Shown piece by piece: positions 1 through 12,375 of a stretch of DNA of 36,514 nt. The notes under the pieces were generated by a model. It was not told the DNA's origin. It did not search any database and saw only the letters and a list, made by a program, of their open reading frames with translations. Origin of the DNA: Catajapyx aquilonaris (taxonomy: Eukaryota); contig KZ539020.1 of NCBI GenBank assembly GCA_000934665.2, positions 1 to 36,514 on the forward strand. The letters are read 5' to 3'. Each line of letters opens with the position of its first letter. Within the stretch, counting starts at the first letter, position 1. The translations under genes and the position numbers were made by a program.

Positions 1-111
1 CGCGCCGAAGATGCGCCGAAGTGGGACATTTTACGCGTCGCTGCTACGTCATCGCAAAATCACTGCTATTAATCGCCGTTATAAAACGACACTTTAACTT
101 GGACCACCCTG
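1..111. mobile_element. Right end of a Tc1/mariner-type MITE, truncated by the window
   Basis: Ends CACCCTG followed by TA, like the complete elements elsewhere in the window. Confidence 0.55.
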
Positions 112-898
112 TATATATATAAGCTTACAGTAAGTTGAAGTCTCCACTCCAAGCTCCACTCATTAGCCTATAGCCTACTGTATAAAAATATTCCAAACGT
201 CGATAAAATGAGCGTGTTTTGGGTTTCATATTTTTAATTACATGGGGAATGAAGCTTACGAGGGTTTTGCAGACGAGGTAAATACGTTATGAATAAGTAG
301 TCAAGATTTCTCTTCAGGCTAGTTTGTTTTTGTGTTGTTTGTTCCTTTTTTTTCAGAAACGCAATTTTGGTGAGGCAGCGAGCCACTTTTGTAATGAAAG
401 ACCGCATCTCCCTCCGTATACAGGACTAATTGGAATGTGGCCGCCTGTTTGTTTTTCCTGTCGCTAACTATTTTAATGATGTAAATGTGAAAATTTGGGA
501 GGCGTACAGTACGATATCGGCCCAGGTAAAACAGTGATGGTAGTCTCAAAATGCTTGTAAGTTATTTGCTGTGCCTTGAACTTCCGAAAGTTACTGCTGA
601 TATATCAAACTTACTCTCAGCGCTCTCAGTAAACTACAGAAAAGGGCTATAGGGCATCCAGGACAGCCTAAGCTGTCTATTCTTGAATATGAGCCTTCTG
701 GAGAGAAAATTTGATCAAATATGAAGCTTATCAGTTTCTAGAAAACCAATCATTGAAAAACTAATATACTTCGACACAGTATGAAGACAGGAGCTGAAAA
801 TATCTGGTGCGAGGTATGACCTCGTTATCCTTCTGACCCCTAGAGGTCACCTCAGGGTAGTGGTTGTGGTCCACACTAAGTTACCAAAAAAGAGAGAG

Positions 899-1134
899 AA
901 AAAGTCTTATAGAACGGCTCTCTGTCTGTCTGTCAGTGGACAGGTATCAAACAGACAGACCTAGCCGTGCTATAAGACTTTTTTCGATTTTCGGGTTTCG
1001 GGTTTACTCTATCCGCCCCTTCCCCCTGGCTGCCCCATCCCCCCACCGCCCCCTCCCCCAGATGACCCGTTCCNCCCCATGATAGGTGATACCTGTCCAC
1101 ATACGGACGGACAGAGCCTGCTATAAGACTTTTT
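899..1134. mobile_element. Inverted-repeat element with (GTCY)n microsatellite, DINE-1/HINE-like
   Basis: AAAAAGTCTTATAGaACGGCT at 899, with inverted copies at 963-984 and 1115-1134. Imperfect long inverted repeat 899-949/1087-1134 includes CTGT/CCGT repeats. Confidence 0.5.
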
Positions 1135-1384
1135 ACGATGGATGAAAAAAGGTATAAAAGATGGGTTTGCTAGGATATATATATTTTTTAAGTGGCAAGG
1201 GGCGGTCCGGGGGTAGGAGGAGGGAGGGGGAAAAGGGTAAGTCAACTTTTGGCCGAAAATGAGTTATGGGTGGTTTCAGTTTCAGTCCCAGTAGTGCCGT
1301 GACGGACGTTGGGGACAATAGCAGTAAACATTATAAAGTCTACTCTAATCACGTTCACGTGATTTGCCAATCTTATTTTTAGGT

Positions 1385-1554
1385 CTAGCCTCGTCTCCGA
1401 CTGTCTCACGACTGATCACTGATCTACAGCCCTTCAAGCAGCCTTCAAGCCTCCCCCCATATCCGCCACGCGATACCCTCCACATCTACGCCATCTCTTG
1501 GCAAAACCGCCAACTCACAACTAACTCCATCTTGTGGGTGCGAGGGATGTCACA
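1385..1554. repeat. Dispersed repeat, copy 1 (possible solo-LTR remnant)
   Basis: Aligns with 32369-32851: ctagcc.cgtctccg...cgccatctct.ggcaaaac.gccaactcacaa...actccatcttg...ggatgtcaca. Confidence 0.65.
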
Positions 1555-2051
1555 CTGGGCACAATGTTTTATTCTCTAGTATAAATCTAGTGCCAAGAAT
1601 GCAGCCTACTGCGGACTATTAAAAGTAACCCATAAAATATTTTCTCTTTACTGGAAGATAACTAAATAAACATTTTCTCTAAGCAGAATATTGGACCTCT
1701 ATGCAGTATACGTATTACAGCTGGCTTCCGGCTCGTCATCATTATTAATTATTTTATCTGAGAACAACTTTATATACCTTTTTGTTGATCTCAATTAAAT
1801 GACTATATTTTCCACTTTTCTAACAATTTATAACCTCATCATTACTCATTGTCACACCAGATTCTATCTGATGTGCTAACAAGGTCTTATTCCTACTCTT
1901 ATTATAACAAACGTCACAGTCACTCTTAGGCCTACCTCTGCTCATAAGCTCTAGTCTATAGGGAATTTGATTGATTGATTAGCACACTGAACCCTCACAA
2001 TACTTTAGGCACAGCAGGCTGCATTTTACGTGAAAGCAGTTTCATAGCGTA

Positions 2052-2135
<84 letters not shown>
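2052..2135. repeat. (ATT)n microsatellite
   Basis: Direct reading. Confidence 0.98.
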
Positions 2136-2136
<1 letters not shown>

Positions 2137-3972
2137 GTTAATATTATTAAGTATTGTCCAACAGGATTAAACTGCATAGATCAGCGTAATATTGTATTAG
2201 GTGAGCAAATATTGTGGTGATATAATATCCTATTGATGTTAAAATTAATAACATTGATGAAATGGATGTGTGTAGTCAGCCTATTTTGTCCGCGATATTT
2301 TATTAAATAATTCGAATTTGCCACATTAACAATACTCGTTCAACAGTAACTTACATCGCTAATAAACGGAAGCAGACCTCCACAAAAAAAAATACTGAAC
2401 ATATCAAGCATGGTTGAAGTTCAGAATGAGTTACCACACTATTTACTGTGCAATACTCTTGAGGTATAAATAGTCTGTCAATGCACCATGCATGTTTGCA
2501 GCATATAATAATCATAAATATTAATGAACATAACAAGTATTATCATCATTAGCCATAATTAATATCGTACATAAATTAACGGGGCTTCACTTCTAACGGC
2601 TAGTTGCACAAACAGCAGTACCGTATTAGAGGTGAGTACTGCTATAAACTACAAACAAATTTTGTGAGCACACTGGCATCACTTCTGATGTGTTCCATCC
2701 GCAGGCTAAAGCAAATGCTCCACCACTTTGATTTCCAGGCCGAATTAAGGCCGGAAATAAGAATATCCGGTCTGTTTATTTCACTCTAGAAACCCATGTG
2801 GGCGTCATATTAGCAATGACATTAGGTGTGGGGTCCGGGTATTTGTTTATTTGCGAACGTTCTTGGATGGTGCTTACAATCCACTTTCCGCGGGGTTCTA
2901 GAGTATACGACGCAGGGCTGACAGAAAGTCAATACGCGTTGACCGGTGTGCTAATGTTTTGAGCGCTTTTTTTTTCCTTGGACAGATTGACATGGAGTGG
3001 ATCACTTGATGATATAGCAGTTAGTTCACTGTGTGATTTTTTCGAGTGTTCCAGGTCATTACGTTTGCTTTGCGACAGAATGCCCCAGATACGTTTGTTC
3101 AACATCGGATGTTTTACTGGGTACATTCATTTGGATAATAATACAGGAAATAGTTGGAATTTTTTTGCGCCATTGTTAGCTTTAGATCACAGTGCAACTT
3201 GTTTCAGTACAACTTTCGTGTTCGTCTAAAGTAATGTTTCGGACATCTAGGCCTCCTTATTAACAGCAACATTAAATATTAATATTCGTAATCAAGATGT
3301 GCCCCAATAAAAGTGTCTCATTTACTAATGCTATAAAATGAAAATAAAAATTCTCACACTTTCCAAAATTTTCCTATACGGACTTTTCAAATTTTAGTAA
3401 AGTTCACAATATTTTTCGACCCCTCGTCTTCGTTTCTGGATGTTCGTTTCTGGATGGCTATTATATGGATGTAACACACGATGTACTCACTCTGCAAGTA
3501 AGTTTCTTTCTTCATGCATGAACTGCCCAACTGCCTCTTGAACGTGATATACCGTACCTCATTATTTTTGTTGTTGAAAATATTGCATCTCTTGTAACTT
3601 TGGAAGTGCAATGCGATACCCATGTCAAGCTCCTCATGTTGGCATCAAATTTCCCTATCATTGTAATGGTATCATATGCCAAGAAAAAATTTCGGTAAAG
3701 GTTTATCGTCAACAAGCTATGTGAAATAATTTTTCTCGATATTCTCATACGCAGGATAAGTATTTTCGAAGCCTTTTTGACATCTACTACTTCAGTAGTC
3801 ACTTGATTAATACTGTTAATATATTGTGTGATATATCACATGAGATTTTGAGTCCAATATAATAATATGCAGTTATAGTGCTATCATTACATACGCTCAA
3901 CTGACCACTTTGGGGAGTCAACTGACTTCTGACTAGGCCGTTTTTCTATGTTTTTCTCAGGTGCTTCTCTAT

Positions 3973-4094
3973 CCTCCTGAGACCCGGAGTACAGTATACT
4001 GTACCTTTGTTTTTGTTTTTTTACGCGTTTGAGTTAGTCAGGAGGTGCTGGAAAAAACAAAGGTACAGTATACTGTACCAGGGGTCTCAGGAGG
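3973..4094. mobile_element. Short palindromic MITE-like element
   Basis: CCTCCTGAGACCC...GTACAGTATACTGTACCTTTGTTTTT is mirrored by AAAAACAAAGGTACAGTATACTGTAC...GGGTCTCAGGAGG. Target duplication is unclear. Confidence 0.7.
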
Positions 4095-4405
4095 CTATAT
4101 GACTGCACCACGTACGACGTTCTATGGCAAGAGAAAACCCTGGAACATGCCTAATTCACCTGAAGACTTTGTCAGCCAGATTAAAATGTTAATGCACTAA
4201 CAAGCAATAAGAAATTAAGCTTGCAAAAAATTTTTAGAGAAAAGAATATACAAAGGGGATTTTAGTCCGCAAAATAATAATGCAAACCAGCTTTGAGCGA
4301 CTGATGCAGATCACGCATTTTTTGTGCATGATATGTGACCTAAGGAGAGATAAGAAAAGCTTTTTTCAAAGCCAGATTTGAGTCAGAATTTGAATGAAGA
4401 GAGAA

Positions 4406-4768
4406 GGGAAGGTGCGGTGGCCGAAATGGTAACGCCTCGGCTTGCTGAGTGAAAGTTTCCAGGTTCGATCCCCTCTGGGAGTTCCCTTTCACCTGCGTCA
4501 GGAGGGTCTCTGACCTGCACCAAGGAGGTGTCTGGCAACCTAACCTCCTGGGGGACTGCACATGCCCCAATTTGAGACAATGCACTTGCACCCGTGTCCC
4601 CTCCCCAAGAATCCCTATGTCCTTGATCCCTTGCACCGGAGACTGAAGAAAAACTACACTCTAGAAAACTGATGGTGGTGTGCCACCCCCCTATAAGGGC
4701 CACGTGATAGGGCTGACTATCACGGGGTTGAGAGAGAGAGAGAGAGAGCGAGAGAGAGGGAGAGAGAG
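4406..4768 (+). mobile_element. tRNA-derived SINE, family A copy 1, ending in an (AG)n tract
   Basis: A box TGGCCGAAATGG (4418) and B box GGTTCGATCC (4462). Body is homologous to 25686-26150. Confidence 0.85.
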
Positions 4769-5162
4769 AATGAATAGAGAATAATTTGGAAATTGCAGAA
4801 TTCTGCAATATATTATCCTACATTTTGTTTCACAGGCAAAAGCTTTAATAGCCTATGTGAAAGAATAACGATCAGACGCAATAATCCTACAGCCAAAACC
4901 CCAATTGCCCCGAATAATCCACAACGGTACATTCTTTTGACAAGGTGTCTGGGCACATTATAGTCTCCCTTTATGCAGCTGTTTCGTGTGGTCTTATAGT
5001 AACAAACTCATGCGATAATGTGTATAGGGTACCAGTTTATCCATATAGAAGCGTCATTTTACACTTCTCTGTAATCTGACTGTTCGCACTTGAGCAACTG
5101 TGTTAACTGTTTGCTAATTATGATACATGGTAAAGTTATTCACCCTAAACAAAACACGGGCG

Positions 5163-5324
5163 GGAGAAATCCACTAAGTTCGAAAAATCGTCATTCTGGC
5201 TTGCTGGCTCGTAATGAATCTTTAGGACTAAATGGGCTAAATAGAGAATTGAAAATGCTATTTTCTAGTGTACACACTGTAGGCTAACTCAAATCCGCCA
5301 AAAGTGGACTTAGTGGATTTCTCC
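5163..5324. mobile_element. Small element bounded by a 17-bp perfect inverted repeat
   Basis: GGAGAAATCCACTAAGT (5163) / ACTTAGTGGATTTCTCC (5308-5324). Superfamily not assigned. Confidence 0.5.
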
Positions 5325-5419
5325 TGTACGCCAACGATAAGTTCATTTAGGTACAGCGACATGACCCATATTTCAAAGTAGGGTAATGGAAATGCAGGGA
5401 AGCTCTCCTCGGCATACTC

Positions 5420-5880
5420 GACTTCATCCTGAAGAAAAGAGCTCTCGAATCAAGTTAAGCCCCGAGGTAAACAGAATGTATGACAAGATGTGACCGTGAT
5501 TCACGTTGAAGGGGCGGAATGGGCAACAAGGAAGTATAAGGCGACAGAGCACTGGGAGTAGTCGTATTTGTAGATGGCAGGCTGAGGCTGAAATAAAGGC
5601 AGCCAAGTGCGACTAAAGCCAATTTGAGAAGCTTTTGGTCCCGCATCGATATGGCTGCAGGCTTCCTCCGCCTTTGTGCATAGCACGCCTCCGCCTAATT
5701 ACAGGAAAGGCAAGTTCAAACAAAAGTTACGCCACCCTTGTCAACTCGTGATGCAATTAAATACAAGTTGACTGCTTTATCCTCCTTGGAGGCATTCCAT
5801 CACTTCCTTCCACTCCTTTGGCGCCATTTTTGGTCCCGCGCCCTATTAGGTATTAGTCAACGGCCGGGGCACAAAGACAC
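5420..5880 (-). mobile_element. Decayed LINE reverse-transcriptase C-terminal fragment (CR1/L2/Jockey-like)
   Basis: Interrupted translations KW...WNASK and HIDAGPKASQIGFSR...F.P...IYK resemble the W..FNASKT and HI..KAS..LG.L.R...YK motifs. Confidence 0.35.
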
Positions 5881-6063
5881 CCAAGTTTTATCGCCTCTGG
5901 CTTAAATTCATTCAGGAAGGAGAGCAAATGGATGGCTGTTCCGGACTAAGGAAACTTCATTTCCTTTGCAGGGATAAGTCCTCAACAACTGTGTACCAGT
6001 ACCGGTTTAAGTGCGGATGGAAGAGTCACTCAACAAGGCAAAGGTCGGAGCTGGCAAACTCAC

Positions 6064-6215
6064 CTGTACGGTGACGTCGGTCAACTGTCGGTTGGCCATC
6101 CACCAGGTGATCATGGCAGAAGGTCGGCTCCCAACAGCCCGACACTCGATTCCGTACTTCCGATTGGCTGATAAAACCGCTGGTCGTGGAAGGATCCGCA
6201 CGTATAACGGGCGAA
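6064..6215 (-). CDS. Internal exon of the same Ig-superfamily gene (first half of the next Ig domain)
   Basis: ttcttttctag|TTCGCCCG...GTACAG|gtgagt; 152 bp, phase 1-0, in frame. Translates to LRPLYVRILPRPAVLSANRKYGIECRAVGSRPSAMITWWMANRQLTDVTVQ, matching the LSAxxxYxIxCxxxGSRPxAxITWW motif of Sidestep-family Ig3. Confidence 0.93.
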
Positions 6216-7762
6216 CTAGAAAAAGAAAGATCATCCACACGTTAATTTTATGCGCTCCTCTGTTACGTATAGGTCACCTCTGTGTAGGGTAAAGATGGCG
6301 TATAATTTCACATTTCTAATAGCTCTCAGATGTTGTTTTTTTGCGTCAAACATGAACTTCTTGGCGTCACACGTTATTCTACGGAATTCAAAGGCTGCAT
6401 ATGTCAGTTTGAAATCGATGTTGAGTGAAGGTCACTGTACATTTTTACCCTGAATTCTTTAACGTGAGCACGATTCTGTAGCGTGCATTATTATTGCGCT
6501 AAAATATGACCAATTTGCGATAGTCACGTGTGGACAAAGGTTCCTTACCGCATCTCATGCCCTGCATTTATATTCCCCATGGGCAAAAATAAACACACGA
6601 AATGCGTGCTCATATTCTATCAAAATATTTTATAAGCACTGTGTTTGTGTTTGTAAGTGTCCCCTTTAACTAACTTGTAAGAAGCAGAACTTAGTTGTAT
6701 TTGTGGAGGCAGAAGCCACCGGTTTGACTATAACGTTAAAAGGCTATATTGTGAATGAATATAAATGTACAGTAACTTAAGTTATTCCATAATTATTATA
6801 ATAGTCGAGTCAATAGTGAAACCGTTCAATACTGTACCTCTAGTACTGTACCATTAGTGAATACAAAACTTTTTCACCTACCACGCGCTAATGTTGCTGA
6901 TTACGCTATGTGGTTTCATTACATTCCTACGAGTAATGCAACTGATTACTAATTGGAATAGTATCCTGTGCCTGGTTAGCAGGGTAGCCCCGTTTGGCGT
7001 TAGGGAAAATATCCCTATACCAATGACTCTCTTACTCGTGTATTAATAATAATGATTACGTTGAGAAACTGAGACGCTGTAAAAATGTCGCGTGGTGTTG
7101 ATAATTGTCTATTTCTAAGTGATGCCGCTCTAAATAAAATACAATGAGAACAGTTGAAATTTTATAGATTAAATGTGCTTGTAAAATTTTCAAGATGTCA
7201 CATGCCATTACAACAGTCTCATTATCCTATCATTCTGCTGAAGAACCAGTATCTCTGTTTTTAAGACCCAGATTGGCGTATTTAACATATCAATGAAAGG
7301 GTGACGTGATTAGTAACTCAAGTGGATATGTTCCTAAAAGCTGCTATTAATTATCACCTTTTAATCGTCCTTTAATATTTACTATGGGTACGGAACAGTC
7401 TGATCTACACTTTTCGAATACGCTCGTACGGTATATCATGTTACAAATCACATGCCCAACTGCTAGCCAGAAGGACGTAATTTTTCAGTCCTTACTCTAC
7501 ATCCCCTCAGGACAAATATTATCCATTATCAAAATCATTATTTGTAGCTTTTTGGCAAAACTTTTCGCCTCAGCCGTCTTTTGACCACAAAATTCCTTTT
7601 CAACTCAGAATGGTGTCCTTTGCATGTGGTATCACGCTGGTATCATATTTCCCAAACACCTTGTGCATTTGGAGGAAACATGAAAAGAACACAATAATAT
7701 CTCCCATTTCTAATAGGCAATATGATGGCGGCCAATATCTCACGATCAGTTTCGGATATATA

Positions 7763-7959
7763 CAGGGTGACTCTAAAGTCAGGATACATCATCGGTAATA
7801 ATTTGATTGAATTGTTGGTTTCCCGTTGTGCCAACTAGCAGATTAATTATTGACAGTCAGTAAAGTTTGAGTTGGCACAGTTGGCACTTAGAGTTAGCAC
7901 AACCGGCAACCAACAATGTCATTCAATTACCTATGTATCCTGACTTTAGAGTCACCCTG
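7763..7959. mobile_element. Tc1/mariner-type MITE
   Basis: Perfect TIR CAGGGTGACTCTAAAGTCAGGATACAT at both ends, TA on both flanks, and further imperfect internal symmetry. Confidence 0.9.
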
Positions 7960-8394
7960 TATTATAAACCCTATGCCCATAATATATTCAAAAATGTCAA
8001 CAATGAGTGCCACCAATAGTCTGAAAGACCGTTGCTAGGTATTGTAAAATCAGTTCCATTTCACAAGTTGGAGAGTTGGCAAGAGAGTACATTTTTTACA
8101 CTGCGCTATTCTGCCCGATCACCCCACCACCTTTAAGTACTCGTATGTATTTTGCACTTTTTATTAGAGGAGTAATTATTGTAAACAACTTGGGCATCAT
8201 TAAATTATAGGGTGACCACTAACGTAATACGGAGTTATTATTACCTAACTCCGGACCTTATACAAAATCAACCCAAATGGTACTCTGTGCATGTGTGGAT
8301 AACGCAGAGTGAGGCTTTTGTTACTCCAGTCTATAGAAATCAGAAGGTAAGTTTAACTTTCGGTATAACCTTTTTACTATTTGACATGGCACAT

Positions 8395-8686
8395 CAGTGG
8401 CGGAACTAGCCGCGCGGGGCCCTAGTTCGAAAGTATCGGAAGCCCTCCCCCCTTCACTTACATATGCACCTACCAGTGAAGACCATACCGGTATCACGTT
8501 CTTCGGACCGGAAAAATTGAGAATAATTTATTTCTCTATTTATGTTGGAAAGAAGGGGGGCCCTAGAGAGCCTAGTAGACACTTAGCCATGCCCATGAGG
8601 CCCTTCTCGACTCTCAATGGGCCTGCCACTCCCACCCCTGACCAGGGCCCCTATGCCTCCAGAATAGTGCGTTTTCACCTCGACAC

Positions 8687-8723
<37 letters not shown>

Positions 8724-8893
8724 CCCCCCGCAAAATGCTGAAAATTTTGAGACTATCTCGGGGACGGCTCGGCGCCACTTCTCTTTTGAACTATATGTTT
8801 TTTGTTGTTTTTTTTTGCGACAGTTGCCCAGGGGCCCCCAAACCTCAGGGGCAGTTCGGCCGAACCGTCTGAACTACCCTAGTTCCGCCACTG
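8395..8893. mobile_element. hAT-type MITE with 8-bp TSD and an internal (CT)n tract
   Basis: TIR CAGTGGCGGAACTAG/CTAGTTCCGCCACTG. TGGCACAT is duplicated at 8387-8394 and 8894-8901. Confidence 0.92.
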
Positions 8894-9768
8894 TGGCACA
8901 TTGATTATGAGATTGAGGAATGCCAATCAGGCAAGATGCGATTTGATTAGCATTTCCCCCGGATATAACTGCAAAAATACTGGGGTTCATTCAAAGGGCA
9001 ACATCTGCAGCATATCCCTAATAGTTTCATACTGTATACTCTAAACTCTAAAGTCATATGGCGTGTAGCTCAGAGTTTTGCAAGGGTAAGTACTGTACAT
9101 GCGAATGCGAAAAAAGTTTTTTTTTTTTTTTTTGCAAGTGCTTGGGGCTCCATATTATTAATATTTTTGCCTCGCACCTGTTGGCACCTTGATTCTATCT
9201 GCCCAGGTAGATCGCCAAGCACATTCCGTGAGCATATCTGGCAACCAATCACATTCTTCGTGAATGGTCACATGGGATGTCCATACCCCTCCCACCCTGT
9301 AGCCTCTCTTGGCACTCCTGCTCAACAAATCAACAAATCAACAAACACAACAATGCTCCGGCTGTCGGGCGGCAACAGTGATTGTAGTAGTGTCTCATGC
9401 TCGAGTCCTATGCTCAAATTTAGAGCCCTCGCTAGTGCATATGAAACCAACCAATAAGTGCTGAATTCTGCTTTAAGTGAGACATTCAGGAGGTAGGCCC
9501 GATTTTGATGTTTCTAGTGTGATAGGAACCCAATTAATATGTAGCTTTTTCTACGGTTAAACCGTAGTTATATTTTAGTACTGCATTAAGTAATGTGGAG
9601 AATTTCTTACATACTGTACGTAAGAATAATATTAAGTAATTTCATACGTGATACATTAAATTCTTTGGAGGAGACCAGCTGATCAGACTGTATTGTGACT
9701 TACTTCACATAATTATGTGAATATCAGTTAATATAGGCCTACTAAGTTAATAATACATTTCAACAGTA

Positions 9769-9892
9769 GTGCCGCCATATTGGAATGAAAATGGCTGACG
9801 ACACCAAAACGCGTCAGCTATGTAGCTGCACAGTGCAGCTACAGTACAGCGTTTTGGTGTCGTCAGCCATTTTCATTCCAATATGGCGGCAC
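9769..9892. repeat. Long hairpin with 44-bp perfect arms and an inner 11-bp palindrome
   Basis: 9769-9812 is the exact reverse complement of 9849-9892. Inner TGTAGCTGCAC-A-GTGCAGCTACA at 9821-9843. Confidence 0.95.
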
Positions 9893-10010
9893 AATATGTG
9901 CACTTACCCCGGGTGTGCACTAACCCCACTTCACCCTATATTATTTTAGTATTTGTAATTACAGTACACAATACAAATAGTGGGTCTTACTTCTTGCTGA
10001 AAATGGCTTA

Positions 10011-10110
10011 GGGGTCGTACACATATGGCGTCATCACATTTGTGACTTTTTTGAACCCCCTTCCCCCCTCGTCATACTTTGTCATATTAATTTGGTTTTT
10101 ATTACGTCAT
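10011..10110. mobile_element. Truncated left end of a PIF/Harbinger-type MITE
   Basis: TTA|GGGGTCGTACACATA resembles the TIR at 10228. No right end seen. Confidence 0.45.
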
Positions 10111-10227
10111 TTCCTCCACAAATGAATATGCTCATAAAGCATAATTCGAGGTGATACTTCTGTATGCCAAGTAAGCTCTATCAGGACCATACTCATGTAA
10201 CAAGCTCAGAAATTATCTCCTATATTA

Positions 10228-10614
10228 GGGGTCGTGCAAATACCACGTGACCGTTTTAGGGGGAGGGGGGGGGGGTCGGCGACAGTTCACGTGGTATCTC
10301 TGAACACGGTGAATGGGCACATATGGGAGCTTTTACAGATGCAACATGGGTTCAAAATAACGTAAAATTCGAAATCAGCGACCCCGAAAACATGGGGACT
10401 TGGGGAGACATGTTTTTTACGTGCTTAAACAGTTTAGTTGAGGAGCTATCATTTTGGAACGCGTTTTTTCTGATAACATTGACCTTTTAAAAAACCACGT
10501 GAAAAGGGGCAGGGGAGGGGGGGGGGTTCCAATGGATACCACGGTTGGTCACTGGGGGGGAAGGGGAGGTCCAAAAGTGACCTAAAATCGGTCACGTGGT
10601 ATTTGCACGACCCC
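10228..10614. mobile_element. PIF/Harbinger (Tourist-like) MITE, family H copy 1
   Basis: TIR GGGGTCGTGCAAATACCACGTGACCG at both ends. TTA at 10225-10227 and 10615-10617. Confidence 0.9.
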
Positions 10615-10896
10615 TTATTGGTACAAACAAAAGTAACAATAAATACATTATTGTTCATTCGATAAAAATTATTCTTCCAGTCGTTAAAAGTACCCAGTCA
10701 CAGGCATTCCATTTTCAGGCCATGTTTCTCATTGCTGAAAAGGTTTTTAAAACAACAACAACGGTGGCATTAAAATATACCCGGAGAAGATAAATGAATT
10801 CAACAGGTACAAGGACGCGACGAAGTATTAACAGCTAGGTCTTCGATCACTGATAGGAATTTTAACAAACATCTGCTTCTACCTTATCTCTACTTA

Positions 10897-11082
10897 GGTG
10901 CGTTTACATGTTAGCGATTTGATCGCGCGATGTCATCGCCACCGGTACCATCGCTGCGCAACCGAAGTAACCTGCATGGTTATTGTTTGTGGCGAAAGTC
11001 GATTGTTACTTTCACTCAAACAATTGGATTCATCGCTCGGCGATAACATCGATCGATCATATCGCTCACATGTAAACGCACC
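10897..11082. mobile_element. PIF/Harbinger-type MITE
   Basis: TIR GGTGCGTTTACATG/CATGTAAACGCACC, extending imperfectly inward. TTA on both flanks. Confidence 0.88.
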
Positions 11083-11103
11083 TTAAACCGTATGGACGAA
11101 TCC

Positions 11104-11142
11104 TATAAAATTTTCAATTCGAAATTAATTTTTAAATAAGTT
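11104..11142 (+). promoter_or_regulatory. Candidate core promoter of the nested gene
   Basis: TATAAAA at 11104-11110, and Inr-like TAAGTT (one mismatch to TCAGTT) at 11137-11142, upstream of ATG 11177. Confidence 0.3.
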
Positions 11143-11176
11143 TACACGAAAATATGCAATCCATTGTAGGAAAAAT

Positions 11177-11881
11177 ATGTCACCCCGTGACAGAGGAACT
11201 CGCCCCGAGTATGTTGTAGACTACCAAGAAGTGGAAGAGGAGGAGTTTGCGGAGGAAGAGGAAGAAGTGGAAGAGGATGCATGGGAGGATGCATGGGAGG
11301 ATGCATGGGAGGATGCATGGGAGGATGCATGGGAGGATGCATGGGAGGATGAATGGGAGGATGAATGGGAGGACGAGGAGGACGAGGAGGACGAGGAGGA
11401 CGGGAATCACCTTGAAGTCGAGGTATCTGGAATGCCGTCCGAGGAAAATCTGGTTCAGGCTTTCTTCGTGCATTGCCATGCACTTTTTTACATCCAAGGG
11501 AAACTACTCGACTTAGAACCCGGCATAGGTCCTTCCAATGAAGATACTGATACGAGAATTGCCATTTGGAAAGAGATATTTGCTATAGCTCTCCAAAATA
11601 CGGTAAAAATAGTGCGAGGGATGGAGGATATTAGCACCTCAGAGGACCTCCAAGCTATACTTGACAATCCAAACTTATTAATTTTACTGGATGAGAATTA
11701 CGACGTGGAAGCTCTAAGGAATCTTATGAGCGATATTTTCTCTAGCGACTTATTTACCGTCAATCTTAATGACAACGAGTTGCAGATAGGTGATACTGAT
11801 GATGTGGCAGCAGGCAGCAACTACACAGAGGTAACTTATGAAGGGCTTTTATTTGAAAATATATTATGGGTCCTTTTCTAA
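11177..11881 (+). CDS. Unrecognised acidic protein with (EDAW)6(EDEW)2 repeat; nested antisense in the host intron. Either 234 aa unspliced or spliced at 11830.
   Basis: Longest ORF in the window, ATG-initiated, with about 150 non-repetitive codons after the repeat. TATAAAA at 11104-11110. Candidate phase-0 donor GAG|GTAACT at 11830/11831. Confidence 0.6.
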   Translation: MSPRDRGTRPEYVVDYQEVEEEEFAEEEEEVEEDAWEDAWEDAWEDAWEDAWEDAWEDEWEDEWEDEEDEEDEEDGNHLEVEVSGMPSEENLVQAFFVHCHALFYIQGKLLDLEPGIGPSNEDTDTRIAIWKEIFAIALQNTVKIVRGMEDISTSEDLQAILDNPNLLILLDENYDVEALRNLMSDIFSSDLFTVNLNDNELQIGDTDDVAAGSNYTEVTYEGLLFENILWVLF

Positions 11882-12375
11882 ATGATTGTAAAATAGAGGA
11901 TAGCAGGACTCGGATGGACTGTTCATTTCCAAATTTCTTTTCACTAAGCGAGTAGTAGGAAAATGGGAGCACTCGCAACTCTTTAACGATCGGTATGGTT
12001 GGGTAAAGCAGCTGTAGATTTTGTAGCCTGAACATAGCTGCCTCCAACCTTTTTACAGAAGAATGATTTAATATCTGATGTTAGGCTAGTCTATAGTTTT
12101 TGCAAGATACTTATACTGAACCGTAATTATTATAACTTTCTGTGGGTATACAATCTTGACATGGGAAGTGTGTACAATAAGATGTTCGGTTGGCGGCGAT
12201 AAAATATCGACGGAAATATTGAACATTACAACATTATTAAACTGTCAGATTTTCCACGGGCCTGCTGGTAGAATCACTAGAGTTATGTCAAAGTAAAGCC
12301 TACAATCCAGTTCAATGATTCTGACTAACCTGCCAGTTTAACGGCATTTGATATCCGGTATAAAGACAACTCTTA

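Noticed and set aside
1975..2220. Poly-Ile ORFs
   Set aside because: Translation of the (ATT)n microsatellite.
3230..3270. Penelope-type minimal hammerhead ribozyme on the minus strand
   Set aside because: CGAAAC is present but the CTGANGA core is not intact.
2930..3830. Several short minus-strand ORFs suggesting decayed coding DNA
   Set aside because: No recognisable motif and no consistent frame.
4406..4480. tRNA gene (also at 23900-23978, 25686-25760 and 36125-36197)
   Set aside because: A/B boxes are present but there is no convincing cloverleaf, and each continues into a repeat body, so these are SINE heads.
11274..11400. Regular short repeats as a CRISPR array
   Set aside because: Head-to-tail units with no spacers, eukaryotic context, and no cas genes.
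11142..11516. Alternative-frame ORFs (HPPM)n, (ILPC)n and (RMHG)n
   Set aside because: By-products of the stop-free 12-bp repeat; they end soon after the repeat, unlike the acidic frame.
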